A stretch of DNA of 64,000 nt from Utricularia gibba (Eukaryota > Plantae > Magnoliophyta). A program made the position numbers and the translations under genes. The stretch is taken from NCBI GenBank assembly GCA_002189035.1, contig NEEC01000024.1, positions 806,001 through 870,000 of the forward strand, read 5' to 3'. Positions 1 through 13,849 of this stretch are shown here, one piece after another (the first letter of the stretch is position 1; the number at the start of each line of letters is the position of its first letter). The notes below the pieces were generated by a model that was not told where the DNA came from, made no database searches, and saw only the letters and a program-made list of their open reading frames with translations.

Positions 1-1730
1 ACTTGGGTTATTTGAAGTTGTGAGTTTAGGAACATGATAAATTAAATTAGGAACCTTAGCATAACACCACCTACAGATCCTTAAGGCATCTTCGTGTTAT
101 TCTGAGTTAAAACCAGTACTTGTTATTGTTAAGTGTCATTTTCTTACTATTTCTTAGGTTGTTTTTATGTCTAATTGTGATTAGAAGTGTCTAATTAGGG
201 GTCTATAATATGAGATTTAGGTTTTTATCTAGTTTAGGGTAATTATCCTAAATCTTGTATTTTATGTAATAATTTTATTAAGTTTAATTGAGTTTTTCTA
301 GAGGTGCACACGTGGCAAGAAGTGAGAGAAAGAGGGTATCAGATGGAGACAAATTGGATCTTTCCGAGCTGACATTCCCTTGATTTCCAGAAGACTGCAG
401 ACGCTTAATTACGAGCCTTGACGTGCGGAACACGGGAGTCTCTGACAGGCAACATCATTAGCATACCAGTGTCAGACGTTGCTTGCAAGTCATCCCAAGT
501 TCAGCAGAATCACAAGGACATGAAATCTCAGACCCTCATTGAAGTGGGAGTTCTGTTCAGACGAAAAAGAGTAGTTAGTTTAGTTTTCCCTTTTGTTTCT
601 CTCTCTAGAGGAATTTTCCTCTAGCTTCTCTCTAGAACCTTGTTTCGTTTTCTTTAGTTTGTATGGCCGTTCGCGGCTAGAAACTTCCGTTTCTGAGTTG
701 GAACACCACCAGATCTATGTTTCGTTAGCTTATCTTCACATTTTCTTTGAATCCGAACGGGTTTCGTATGTCTTCGCGCAACTATGTCACAGTCTTTCTG
801 TAATAATCCCCTTATTCAAGATTCATGGTTAGCTGATCACGACCTGCGGGTTTTGGAGAGGAGCAAGGTGGATAGCACCAACTCATGCCTTTTTGGCAGG
901 AGGAAGACTACATTTTGTCTGTGGCTGTACCTCAGGATCAATGGATAGGTAGTGACCTCGTATCTGGACTCATTGGGTCATTGGCAACACTCGGGCACAT
1001 GCGCGCAATTCGGGCGTGAGGGTATGCTGGCAGGACCTCTTATTCTCACGTTTGTCCAAGGAGGAGCAACATCGGGCTATTCCCGTGCCTTCTTGCAAGA
1101 GGGAGGGTAGGCAATTCCTTACTCCTATAACCGAGTACTCGAGAGGACCAGAGAAGTGTGAATATGCAACGAACATAGCTGGATAGGATCCCAAACCCAG
1201 GAACATTTACTTTATTTAAGGTTCATCGCTTACGTTTATTTTAGTTGTTTGTTCAAAACCCTCTTATTCCCACTCAAGCTTCATCACCAACGTTTCTCAC
1301 ACTTTTTACCTTCAAAACCGTTTACAAATTGTGACAGTTGTATTCGGGGTGCCTCACCTTTCACTCAAAAACTACTCCCTGTGTTCGAGACCCGTACTAT
1401 GCTTTTGTGTTTTATGAGTTTTAAAAGTATTAAAATTTGTTGTGGAAACGACACGCATCAGTTATCTTTCGCATTGAAACCTGATATTGTTTACTGATCT
1501 TGTTTACCGCACTTGTTTACCACTGTTGGTCTGAGCTTAAACTAAGACTTATTGTTATCCCGAATTATGCATTTACTAAAACACTTAGCAAGCACAAGCT
1601 CTTCGTGATCGACCCCGATATCCACTATACAAGTTTTCTAAATTCGTATTTCGTGTAGATTAGGACATATAAATTTATTTGATAACGAAATTTCTATTTT
1701 TGCAATGGCATTAGATAATTTCGTTTATCA
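1..1730 (+). mobile_element. Athila-like LTR (family X), left end outside window, interrupted by a family Y solo LTR
   Basis: 1-126 and 1461-1730 are colinear with the end of the LTR at 15504-16902. Ends ...TTTCGTTTATCA at 1730. Confidence 0.85.
127..1460 (+). mobile_element. Solo LTR, Athila-like family Y
   Basis: Starts TGTTAAGTGTC and ends GACACGCATCA. 5-bp TSD GTTAT at 122-126 and 1461-1465. Homologous to 5856-7146, 10561-11913 and 25417-26728. Confidence 0.92.
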
Positions 1731-4700
1731 TGGTGGTTGGTTGGTGGCTCTTCTGATCTCTACTGAAAAGCTTGGATAATATACATGACCCAACTCCTAA
1801 GGCTTGGAGGTGATGCCTAAACTAAAGGGTCAAGAGACTTGGGCAAGGATAGGCTATGGGACTCATAATGTGCCTATGTGCTTGTTTTTTTAACTTTACG
1901 CTCAAGCATTTCTCTCTTTACTTCACTCATGTTTTATCTTTCTGCAAATTGCAGTAGCATGACCACTTCATGTCTTTAACTTGTTCCAAGTGTGGAGGGG
2001 AATATCTAGAGGTCAAGTGATCAACCAAAGTAGGAGCGTGCCTTTCGAGGGTGTGGAAGCTACTTAGTGACTGTAGGTTAATAAGCTGCGTGTGGAATGT
2101 GTCCCATTTAGGCTTGCTATAGTTCTTATGTGTGCTAGGCTGGTGACATAACCATATGTATGTAAACATAGCCTAAGTTATTCTCTATGTAAATTATGAG
2201 GGTAAGGTTGCCTTAGAGTCCTATATCTGGGGTTTGACGGTCATGACTCCTGCCCCTTGGGCCCTAGGCAGAGGTCTGACAATAACCTACAATGAAAGTG
2301 TTTTACGCTCACTGCAAATCCCATCAGACCCACACCAATGAGGATATCATCAACTTAGTTTCTGTGATTTTTGTTGTCTCAAATTTCATACTCATTTGGT
2401 ACTAAAAAGTTCGGCTAATAAGTATCACTAATTAGGAATAAAATTTCACTAACTTGGCACCATGAAGAAATTAAAAAATCTTGGGGCTTGAGGGTGTATT
2501 TATGCAATAACAAGAACTTATGTCATATAACTATTGTTTTGAAGATATTTCTCTAGATGAATATCAATGTATGCATGTTTTAACATAACAAAATGTAATT
2601 GTGGTATATCATGATGTATATAGTAGTATGGGATAAAAAATAAATCCAATTGTTTCTATCATTTCTTTCTATTCATCCATCTTCTTTACATCACTCTATT
2701 TTATTGTTGCTACTTCTACCTAAGAGTAAATTATCTCCTTATTTTGTTCATTTTTTCCTCTCTACCCTTATTTCCTGTCATCGATTTGTGATTATAAGTT
2801 GGACATGATTTGTTCTATAATATTGCTTTTAATATTTAGAAAAATATTAGAAAACACAATGTATGGTCTAAATCATTAATTCAATTCATATTTATACTTA
2901 AAAATAGAAATGATGCTAAAATTACCAAAATATGAAAAATTATATTTAAATTACCTAATTCCACTACTAAAAATTAGCAATTTATAACATAAAAATATTA
3001 TAAAATGTAATCAAACCTCAAAATTTTCTTAAGAGTCATAACTTTAGTATTTGACATATGTATCAAATGAAAATGAAAAAAATTCTTTAGAATTCTATCC
3101 TTATCAACAGATCTTAACACCAATGCTATTTGCTCTCGTTTTGAAATATTGCAAGTTTCATTAACACTTATATAGCAAATTTTGAATCAACAATTTCTTC
3201 ACAAATATAACATTGAATCAAAGTAGCATAAATACTCATTTTTTTAATGAATAAGAAAAGTATATCTATAATTAACTGGGTATTTTGAAGTACTACTTTC
3301 TCAATATCAGGATTGAATTCTAGTAAAACTTGAAATAGATCAAAACAATTATCTCAATTCTTTCAAGTTGATGTCTCATCATGACCCAGAAATGCACAAC
3401 CATCAGAAGTAAATGATAATCGTTTTTTGCATTGTCATTACAACAAAAGTGTCATAATAAAAAAACCTGAAAACATAGGTGATGAAATATTAGGATTGAA
3501 CCTAAATGAGTTTCTCAAATTATGCACAAATTTATACCTATGCACTCTTAATTAAAACAACAAGAATAAGAAATCGAGTCTTCGCTTAGCTTAAAATTCA
3601 ACATTCAGAATGAAATTCATATAATTTAAATACTTTAAGAAACTCAAAACTTGCAACCTCACAATGCCAACTGTATTCTTAAATGTTTAAATTCATTATA
3701 AGAAATTAAATCAAATAAAAATCTAATGATGTTAAAGTATCACATCTTAAATCATTATTTGTGATTAAGAATGGAATGTGCAGGTTTGAGGATCAATATA
3801 ATAATAAGAAAATAACCGGAATGCTGCTGCAAGATGTCTATTCCTCTGATGTGAACTAAGTCTGTGGCAAGGTTATAGTACCCAAAGCCATTAGAATTTA
3901 AATTGTATACATTGGGAAAACGGCTTATTATTTACCAAGGATTAGTTATTTCTGAAGTTTTCGACGAGCTCATTTAAGATTTATTCAAAATATTATTTAA
4001 CATAACATATTCAAAGGAAAATTATTAGTTTTAGATTTTTTAAAAAATAAATAAAAAGGATGGATATGAATAATAAAAAATAATAGTTTTGTAACATGGT
4101 TTTACAAAAGGAAAAGCTTGTTTGCAAATGCATGTAAAACTCATGAATTGACTCGTTTACACAAGTTGTGCAGGCAATATTCTAAAATATTGATATTTGA
4201 TAATTATTATATCACCATCTTTCATTTAGTGATAATTAAGAATAAGTTGGAAAGAAAAATATTATGTAAAATAAAATCAAATATTAAATTAAATATCAAA
4301 TAGTATAGTAAAAGAGAAACATGTTTCACTATAGAACATAAAAAAACATGAAAATACGAAAAGTAAAAGATCAAAAAACATCTCTAATGATTGAGAAAAA
4401 AATTATTTGTGGAATATAGGATTTAATTCTTTTATTAAGCTTGCTTGATGAATTTAGATCAAATATTTTATGTATCTCATATTAAAATCTTTTATTTAAA
4501 TCTTATAAAATTATCTTCAAATCTTTATTTATAACTCGAATTTTAGATCAAATCTTATTTTTTGAACCTCTTCTTGAACTTAATTTCTCACACTCTCAAA
4601 CTCATTAATTGTTTGGTCTCATAGAATTAATTGAAAATGTAACCTAAAAATTCACAAAAATTCTCTGTAAAAATATTCGGTTAATGTAAAAGATGTAAAT

Positions 4701-5855
4701 TCAATAAAATTAATGAGAAAACCAAAAAAATTCTGAAGAATGATGAAAAAGCTTATTTTAAAGCAATGTTTGTTTTAAAATTCTCCATAGCTAAGTTGTT
4801 TGTCCCAGCAATGTTTCAAGTGCTTTGATATGAAAAAGTCATTTTGAAAAAAAATTCAAGGAAGTAAGATGTGGGGTATCCAAATAGCATGTTCATAGAC
4901 TAACCTTCTTTGCTCATGTCCACTCTTCATAAATTTCACTCATTCACTCACATAAGATATCCATAAGAGGAGGTTAAAATAAAACGGAATCATTCAATAC
5001 CTAATTACAATCGAGTCAATGTACTTGTGCAAGTACTCCATGTATGCATTTTCAACAAGCTTGTGCAATCATGAGGTATTTTTCGTGAATTGTAGCATAG
5101 CAGGAGTTTGGGATAGATTTGGAATTGGTTGGATGCTTGAAGATGAGCTAAAAGAAGTGGGCATCTCTTGGATAAATCAGAAATTTTCTCCTTTGAATCC
5201 ATGTTAAATCTCACATGTCCTTATATTCTATTGTTTTTCTAGAGCATTGAATGATATTAGGCTTTTGATGAGTGAAACAAAAAAAAGGTTAAGTTCCAGC
5301 ATGATTCCCTAAATGGAGAGAGGGTGAGCTATGCTGTATACTAATTAGGCAATTACTAATGTCTTAGTCCTCTTACACTAGTCTCTTTGAATTAACCAAA
5401 TAGCATGCGCAAGGCAAATTCTTAATCTTTTCATACTCAAGTCACTCATAGAAAATTAGCCTTATTCTGAAACATGAGTGAATTTGGAAAGCGAATGATC
5501 ATACTATACAAAAGCTAAACATCTTATAGAGCCAAAATATTTTTCAATAAAAAGATATCAGAATTGAAGCACCCTAATCAAATATCTAAAATAAGCCAAC
5601 ACCAAATGTTAGGTTGTGACAAGTGAGTGAAAGATAAGGACATTTGTTGTGAAGAAAACAATTAAAAAATGTTAGCTTTCCTATACACTTCAATAAGAAT
5701 GATTTTCAAACTTCAATGAAATCTAGTCTCATTCAATGATATCTAAACAATGAGCATATGTTGCACCACATGTGCATGTTCATGGTTATGAACATCACCC
5801 TACTAATAACATTCCAATGCAAAAATCATCCAAACTACAATGTGAGTTACACAAG

Positions 5856-7146
5856 TGTTGTGTGTCGTTTCCAAACAAATTTTAAAGAATTTTAAACTTG
5901 TAAAACACAAAATACATAATACGGGTGTCAAACATAAGGAGTTGTTTTTCAAAGAAACGTGAAATTACACCAAATACAACTGTCACGATTTGTAAACGGG
6001 TTTGTAAAGTAAAATGTGCAAAAGACGTAAATAATGAAGCTTGATTAAGAGGATTGTAAACAAAGAACGAAATAAACTTAAGAGATAAACCTTAAATAAA
6101 AACAATGTTCCTAGGATTGGAATCCTGTCCATCTACGTTTGTTGTGTCTCCACTCTTTTATGATCTTCTCAAGTACTCGGTTATAGTAGTAAGAAATTGT
6201 CTAGCCTCTCTTATACTCTCCTACAAGAAGACACAGGAATAGACTGATGTTGTTCCCCCTTGGATGAACGTGAAGATAAGAGGTCTTTCCATCATATCCT
6301 CACGTTCAAATTGCGTGCGTGTGCTCGAGTGTTGCCAATGACCCAATGAGTTCAAATACAAGGTCACTTTCTATCCATTGATCCTGAAGTACAGTCATAG
6401 ACAAAACATTGTCTCCTTCCAACAAATAGAGTGTGAGTTGGTACTTTCCACCTTACTTCTCTTCAAAACTTGCAGGTAGTGATCAGATAACCATATATCT
6501 TTAATAAGGGGGCTGTTACAAAAAAACTGTAACATAGTTCCGCGGAGACATATAGAACCCAATCAGATTCAAAGAAGAAATAGAGATTAGCTAACGAAAC
6601 ATAAAACTGGAAGTCTCCCAACCCAAAAACAAAAGTTTATAGAGAATAAAGTTTTAGAGAGAAGCTAGAGGAAAAATTGTCTAGAGAGAGAAATTAAAAG
6701 CTAAACTAAAACTAGAATTGAATGTTGTATGTCTGAACTTAACTGAACTAAACTACTTTGTTTGAGTTTTAGTGTTCCTCTAGTCCTGCTGGACTAGAGT
6801 GACTTGCAAGAAAGCTCTGCTTTGACATTAGTATGCTAATGATTTCATCTGTCAGAAACTCCCATGTACCGTACGTCGAGGCTTATCATTAGGCGTTTAC
6901 AATCTTCCAGAAATCTATTTTGTCTCCATTTGCTACTTCCTTTCTCATATTTCCTGCCATGTGTTCACTCTTGAAAAAACTTAAATAAAGCTAGACAAAA
7001 ATATTAGATAGAATACATGATTTAGGATAATTACCCTAATCTAGATAAAACATAAATCTTATATTATAAACTCACAATTTGCTAATTTGGATTATAGTTA
7101 AACATCTAAAATAACCTAAAACATAGTAAGAAAATGACACTCAACA
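5856..7146 (-). mobile_element. Solo LTR, family Y
   Basis: Reverse-complement copy of 127-1460 with TG..CA ends. TSD ACAAG at 5851-5855 and 7147-7151. Confidence 0.9.
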
Positions 7147-8899
7147 ACAAGCATGATTATTTCATGTTAATCAAAGCTTGTACAAAAAATTCAAATCTAT
7201 CCCTACAAAACCATACCTTAACAGATTTACCAGATAAAATAAGCTAATAAAAAAAATAATGTTTTACCCTGCTAAAATCTATTTTTTTGAAAACAAATTA
7301 AATGATGAAATAAACAAAATTGTTGGATGGCAACAAGTAAACCATATCTGGGTAGTGTATGAAAATGGCCAACATGGAAGTGATGAAAAGGAAAATCAAA
7401 CCTTTTGAATTTCTTACAAAGTTTGTTTCATTTTCAGTTACTAAGAGATTTCCTTTCAAAAAGTTTCATGATTGTATGAATCTCATCCAATACATATCTG
7501 AATTTCCCTACAAATATAAGATTGTTGGAACTATAAACAAAAAATTGTCACCTATCATGAATTGCATCTCGCACAAGTGCCATCATGCCCTGTTTTTGTT
7601 TCCCTTTGTATAACTACAATGTAAAGCTCGAGAGCCAATGATTGAATATATGGAATGATTATGAAAGCTTCCTTGAGTTTCTCTACTCTACAAAATATAT
7701 ATATATATTTATAAAAAAATATTCTTCAATCAAGTCCTTACCACTAGTGATGAGCTCTCCCTCTTCTTTTGTGATAGTTGTCATTTCTCCATTTTTTCTT
7801 AGAATTGAGTTAGTTTAACATTGTGGTCTCTTGAAATCGTTAGTACTACAATCAATGATATCGTCATGTTCCTTCATGGTTGAAATGAGCTCTTGACTTT
7901 GGTGATCATCAAAACCTGCATTCACAATAATTGTATCTTCTCAAGCTTAATGTGTCCCACTGCTTCCTTCTAAGTCTTTTTCCGTTAAGTTTATGATCCT
8001 TGAGACTTCCTCTTATTCTACTTTCTGATCATCTAATTCATATCCATGGCCTCTTACCTCACAAGGATCGATTGCTCATCAATGTGCCTTTCCAACACAC
8101 TCCTCCTCATCAAATCTCTCATTAACATGCTTGATTGACTAACAACTCCCTCCTTCATCTTCTGAATTTGGTTCATTACTCCCTCATTCACCCCTTCTTG
8201 TGTCCTGATGAATGGATTAAGCATTTCTCTTAGAGATGGGCATAGAGATTGTCTCCAACTCTAATTGCAGTTTTTTTTTTTTTCTCAACTTGATTGCCCG
8301 AGTTATTACATGCATCAAGCTATCAATTTTAAGTGAAATATAGAATGATTTACCTAGTTATGTGATTTGTAATCAGGCTTGCATATCCTAACAATTTTTT
8401 TTTCAGGATAAAAAACTTCTTCCTCTTTGAAAATCGTATTTCAGAAAATTCCTCTCAATGGCTGATTTGTTGAAGCACACTTTGTTCTTCATAATATTGT
8501 TGTGCAGACTGACTTTTTATCTTATTTGCTCATCAATCCTTGTGATCGAAAGATTAAAGAGTACATCTTAATCAATTCTTGGCATCTGTGTATAAACAAA
8601 TGGTGAAGAAAAAGAGTAGAAAATATGATAAAGAGACATATTTTTTTGTTTTACAAAAATGAGAATAAAAGAAAAAAATTAAAAAAAGTTCAAAATGTCA
8701 AACAATTTTTCGGCAATGATGACAAAAAATTTGATGATAATTACGTGAGTGCAAAAAACCATTAAAATGATAAAAAAAAAGATAGTTTACATAAAGAAAT
8801 GATCATTTTTAGTTTTCTAAAAATAAATAATAACAAAATAAAAAAATAGATTTAAAACAAAGAAAAACAATGGTTTCGGAATAAAGCTGTGCTAATACA

Positions 8900-10516
8900 G
8901 AAGTTTTCCATCGTGTGTATTTTTCAACATGAAGATTTGATTCGCTTGTGCAAATTATGAGGTATATTTTAAAATTGTGATATTCGATACCTGTTATTGT
9001 ACATTCGATCATTGTTTCCTGGAGTAATGCTGCAATTGTCGGCCAACTCAGTTCTCTGGGAGTCAAAAAGAGCACAATGAAATTGCAGAGGATATGGACA
9101 AAAAACTGAAGTAAGTGCAATCAAATCCCAAGGAAAAAGAAGAAAAGGATTTGGAAAATAATGAGAATAGAGAAAATATTTCTCCATTGAAGAACACGAA
9201 AAACAATTTTGGGGAGGGAGATTTGGAAGAAAGGAGTAGCAGAAACATGAGGACTAGTGGGGTATAAATCGGCTGAGGATAATCGACTTCTAAAAAGCTG
9301 CCAAAAGAGGCTCTGATGGGACAATGCTAGTCGACAGATATCTGACAACGGTGGCCGTATGGCACAGTCTAAAAAGTGGCTGAATTATGGCAGAGCAGGT
9401 GGCCGATATCTGAAAAGCGAGATCACATAGCAGGCGCAGAAAGCAACCGACATCTGTAGAAGTCAGGACTATCGACCTCTTCTATAAATAGAAGAAATCA
9501 TAACGGAGAAAGGGTTCGACTCTAAGCCCCCCAACCTGTACCTTTCTTCACCATCTCTGTCTAGTAAAGACTTTCTCGGCGAGCTCTGATAGCTCCGTGG
9601 TTTTTCTGTCCTTCGGCGGTTTCCACGTAAAAATCTTCGCCCACCCTTATTTCTGTTTATCAAATTGAACAAATCACAGAAAAGCACATCAAGGTGCGAT
9701 ATTTCTGGCTGCACCTATAACCCGAAAATCAGCCCCATCTCTGATACCGATTTTCACCCTTAACGAGGATGAAGAAGATGAAACCATGATCCAAGCTCTC
9801 TTTTGAAGATTTCTTCTACTCTTGAAGATATTGTTCCTAGTTGAGACAAGTTCTAGTTGATGTTCTATTATGTATCTTATGTCGTCGTTTAACTTTTAGA
9901 TCCAAATGTTCCTTAGTATATGTCATGAAAACGTTTTCTTTTTCCTTATCATGAGTGGCTAAGCACTTAGAGGGGTGCCTTGGGATCAAAGGGGTGTAAT
10001 GTGCTAATCAATCATTTGACCTTAATAACCATAAATCACACCACTTCCTTATCAAACCAAGATAGATCTAGAAGGGGGAAGGAATGACATTGATCTTTGC
10101 AACCCTAATTAGAAGTAGACCGAAGATTAAGGGAAAACAAGGGTTTGGGTAGACCTAGAATTTTGCTTGTTAGACGTATGATTTGTGGTGTATGTGAAGT
10201 TATTTTAGTGATAAGCATATAAGCCCTAGAAGTCCCAAGGCACCACTCATTTAATATTAGGTACAATCGAGTTCAAAAGTTTGATACTTTCCTTTATTGT
10301 ATTTCTTCGTAAATTTGCCTTAATCCTAGTTAAGATCAAATCTATCAACGTGACACCGATTGCATGCATTGATAATCACATGAAAAACACTTGCTCTTCG
10401 TAGTCGACCCTAAACACTATGCTCATAATTGTATTATATTTGAATGTGTATTAGGTTATAAATTTATTTGATATGAAATTTACAATTTAACGATGTTGCA
10501 TATTTTTCATTTATCA
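8900..10516 (+). mobile_element. 5' LTR of an Athila-type Ty3/gypsy element (family Z); left boundary approximate
   Basis: Homologous to 23560-24038 and 38510-40263. Ends ...TTTATCA and is followed directly by a PBS and gag. Confidence 0.8.
9255..9765 (+). mobile_element. Solo LTR (family W, probably Tat/Retand-like) inserted in the Z LTR
   Basis: Second copy at ~26840-27285. TATA-like CTATAAATAG. End CACCCTTAAC(G/A). Near-TSD AGGAC/AGGAT. The Z LTR resumes on both sides. Confidence 0.7.
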
Positions 10517-10519
10517 AAT

Positions 10520-10537
10520 TGGTGCCGTTGCTGGGGA
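10520..10537 (+). promoter_or_regulatory. Primer-binding site complementary to tRNA-Asp 3' end (Athila-type)
   Basis: TGGTGCCGTTGCTGGGGA, 3 nt after the LTR end. Differs from canonical TGGCGCCGTTGCCGGGGA by two C>T changes. Confidence 0.85.
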
Positions 10538-10560
10538 GCAGTGTTCAATTGTTGTCTATT

Positions 10561-11913
10561 TGATGCATGTTGTTTCCACAACAAATTTTTAATATTTTTA
10601 AAACTCGTAAAATACAAAAGCATAGTACGAGTGTCGAACACAGGGAGTTGTTTTTGAGTGAAAGGTGAGGCACCCCGAATACAACTGTCACGATTTGTAA
10701 ACGGTTTTGAAAATAAAAGGTGCGAGAAACGTTGATGATGAAGCTTGATTAAGGGAATAATAAGGGTTTTGAACAGACAACTGAAATAAACGTAAGTGAT
10801 GAACCTTGATAGAGTGAATGCTCCTAGGTTTGGAATTCTGTCCAGCTATATTCGTTACGTCTTCACTCTTCTCTGGTCTTCTCGAGTACTCGGTTATAGG
10901 AGTAAGGAATTGCATACCCTCCCTTACACTCTCTTGCAAGAAGACACAGGAATAGCCCGATGTTGCTCCTCCTTGGACGAACGTGAGAATAAGAGGTCCT
11001 ACCAACGTACCCTCACGGCCGAATTGCGCGCGTGTGCCCGAGTGTTGTCAATGACCCAATGAGTCCAGATACGAGGTCACTATCTGTCCATTGATCCTGA
11101 GGTACTACCACAGACAAAACGTAGTCTTCCTCCTGCCAAAGGGGCGTGAGTTGGAGCTTCCCACCTTGCTCCTCTCCAAAACCCGCGGGTAGTTATCAGC
11201 TAACCATGAATCTTGAATAAGTAGACTGTTACAAAAAGACTGCAACATAGTCGTGCGAAGACATACGAAACCCGTTCGGATTCAAAGAAGAGATGAAGAT
11301 AGGCTAACAAAACATAGATCTGGGGGTGTCCTCTAGAGAGAACAAAGTGTCTAGCTGCGAACAGCCATACAAACTAAAGGAACGAAAACAAAGTTCTAGA
11401 GAGAAACTATAGGAAAATCCTCTAGAGAGAGAAAACAAAAGGGAAAACTAAACTAACTATTGCTTGTCCAACGTTTGAACAGAACTGAACTTCAATGTGA
11501 GTCTGAGATTTCTTGTCCCCTTAGTTCTGCTGAACTTGGGATGACTTGCAAGCAAACGTTTGCTCTGGCACTGGTATGCTAATGATGTCGCTTGCTAGAG
11601 ACTCCCGTGTTCCGCACGTCAAGGCTCATGATTAGGCATTTGCAGTCTTTCGGAAATCAAGGGAATGTCAACTCGAGAAGATTCAATTTGTCATCATCTG
11701 ATGCGCTCTTTCTTTCACTTCCTGCCATGTGTGTGCCTCTAGAAAAACTCAATTAAAACTAGCAAAATTATTAGATAAAATACAAGATTTAGGATAATTA
11801 CCCTAAACTAGATAAAAACCTAAATCTCATATTATGGACTCCTAATTAGACATTCCTAATCACAATTAAGCATAAAAGCAACCCAAGAAATAGTAAGAAA
11901 ATGACACTTAACA
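10561..11913 (-). mobile_element. Solo LTR, family Y, inserted in the Z 5' UTR
   Basis: TG..CA ends. TSD CTATT at 10556-10560 and 11914-11918. Close reverse complement of 127-1460. Confidence 0.92.
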
Positions 11914-12489
11914 CTATTTTTGTTGATGCATTTGTGTTCCTCTTGTATAGGTGATTTCGATTTCAACCTAGAAATTGAAAAGGTTGCTAAGAGGAACCAC
12001 AAAAGAGCGATGGAAGCAGCAAGGTTGAGAAGACTCCATGCTGCAATATAAGTTAATTTCATCATGACAGAACAGGTGAAGACCCTAAATGAGCTTGACG
12101 CAGTTGACCATACATACAAGGGTTTGTGAATCAGGTTTTCTGATGACACTGCCAATGAATTGAAGCCATCTATAATTCATTTTCTACCTAAGTACTATGG
12201 AAAGATCGGAGAAAACCCACACGAATATCTGGATAATGTCATCGATTTGAGAGCATTCCAATTTACACTAGAGGGAAGTTCAAAAACATGGTTCAACTCG
12301 CTGAAGCCTGGAAGCATCATAGACTGATCAAGGATGAAGAAGGTATATCTCAGCAAGTATTTTCCTGCTTCCAAGGCTGAAGGGATATGAAAAGAAATTT
12401 GTGACATTGAGCAATCAAGTGGAGAATCTCTACATGAATATTAGGAGCGATTCAATCAACTGCTTGAATCCTGTCCTCATCATGGTTTT

Positions 12490-13849
12490 TGGTAAACGAA
12501 AAATTTCCTAATGTCGTAAAAATAGATATTCCGTTATCAAATAAATTTATAAGCCCTAATCTACACAAGATACAAATTTAGAAAACTTGTATAATGAATT
12601 TTGGGATCGATCACAAGGAGCTTGTGCTTGCTAAGTGTTTCAATAGATGTAGAATTCGGAATAATAGTGTGTCTTAGTCTAAGCTCAAACTAACAGTAGT
12701 AAACAAGTTCAGTAAACAAGATGAAGTCTCAATGCTGAAAATAACAGATACTAGTTTTAACACAGACTAATGCGAAGATGCCTTAAGGGTCTGCAAGTGG
12801 TGTGGTGCTAAGATGCCTAATTTAGTTTACCATGTTCCTATACTCACAACTTCAAATAACCTAAGTCTACCCAGGTCATTCATCATATTTTCGACTGAGT
12901 TAGTCCCAAATATCATCATTAACATTGAAAAAAGGTCTATCAGTATGCAAAGTATAGGTCTACCCGATTCTGCTGGTTCTACCCTGTACTAATACCTACT
13001 ATGCTTGCCTTGATTTGTTGGTTTACCTCAAAATCAAGCATCTTAGTTGTGAAGCTACTTGTTCCCCTACTCAGGTCTACCCATGGAATAATTAAAACAA
13101 AAACTAAGAAACAAACATAAATTATATCATTAACCCTAGACCCACATCACCATACTTCACCTTAAGGCATCCCTAAAGTTTTTAGCTATTCATATATGGA
13201 AGATAAAGCATGTGTCGTTAAGATAAACTGAAGAAAATAGCAAAGACATTGTAAAACAACAGTCAAAGTAACAAAATATTCAGCAAACTAAAGATAAAGT
13301 AGAGTGTTTTGTTCACGATCTGCTAGTGTTCACTGAATTGGGCTTTCGATGCTGTTCCTCAAGTCTTTGGTCTTCCTTCTGGAAAAATCACCTTCATCTT
13401 CCTTCCTTCGTGTTCTTCCTCTCCCCTCCTAGCGTCTGGTCGTGTTCTCCTCCTTCTCCCCTCTTCAAAAATATCTTTCTTTCTTTTCTTTTCATTTTCC
13501 AAGGTCAATACATTGTTCCTGACATTTGTACTGTTGTTGGTCTAAGCCTGCAGGTTGTAGACAGCATAACAGTGCAGTATGTCTTCTCTTTTAATGCTGC
13601 CCATTTTTCCAAATCTTTACATGCACAAAATTCATGTTTCCTCTCTGATTTTAGAACTTTGCTGCTGGACTAGAAAAAATGTTAATAACATGAAATTGGC
13701 TAAATTAAAGGATTTAGCCATTAACAGATAAAATCACATTATGTCCTAAAATTTTATAAAAATACTAAAAACTATAAGATAAACACTTAAAACATGATTT
13801 AAAAGCATAATTTTCTTATTCTAATAATAGGAAAATTAGTGTGTTATCA
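12490..13849 (-). mobile_element. Solo LTR, family X
   Basis: TG..CA ends. TSD GTTTT at 12485-12489 and 13850-13854. Splits gag right after SCPHHG. Confidence 0.9.

Noticed and set aside
418-1497. Short ORFs within LTRs, repeated at 10688-11062, 13326-13673, 24783-25217 and 25446-26701
   Set aside because: They lie in non-coding LTRs and are not kept in frame between copies.
1731-5850. AT-rich tract with retroelement-UTR-like and faint hAT-like pieces
   Set aside because: No termini, TSD or convincing coding motif could be fixed.
7620-8300. Possible Athila env-like ORF remnant
   Set aside because: No open frame or recognisable motif.
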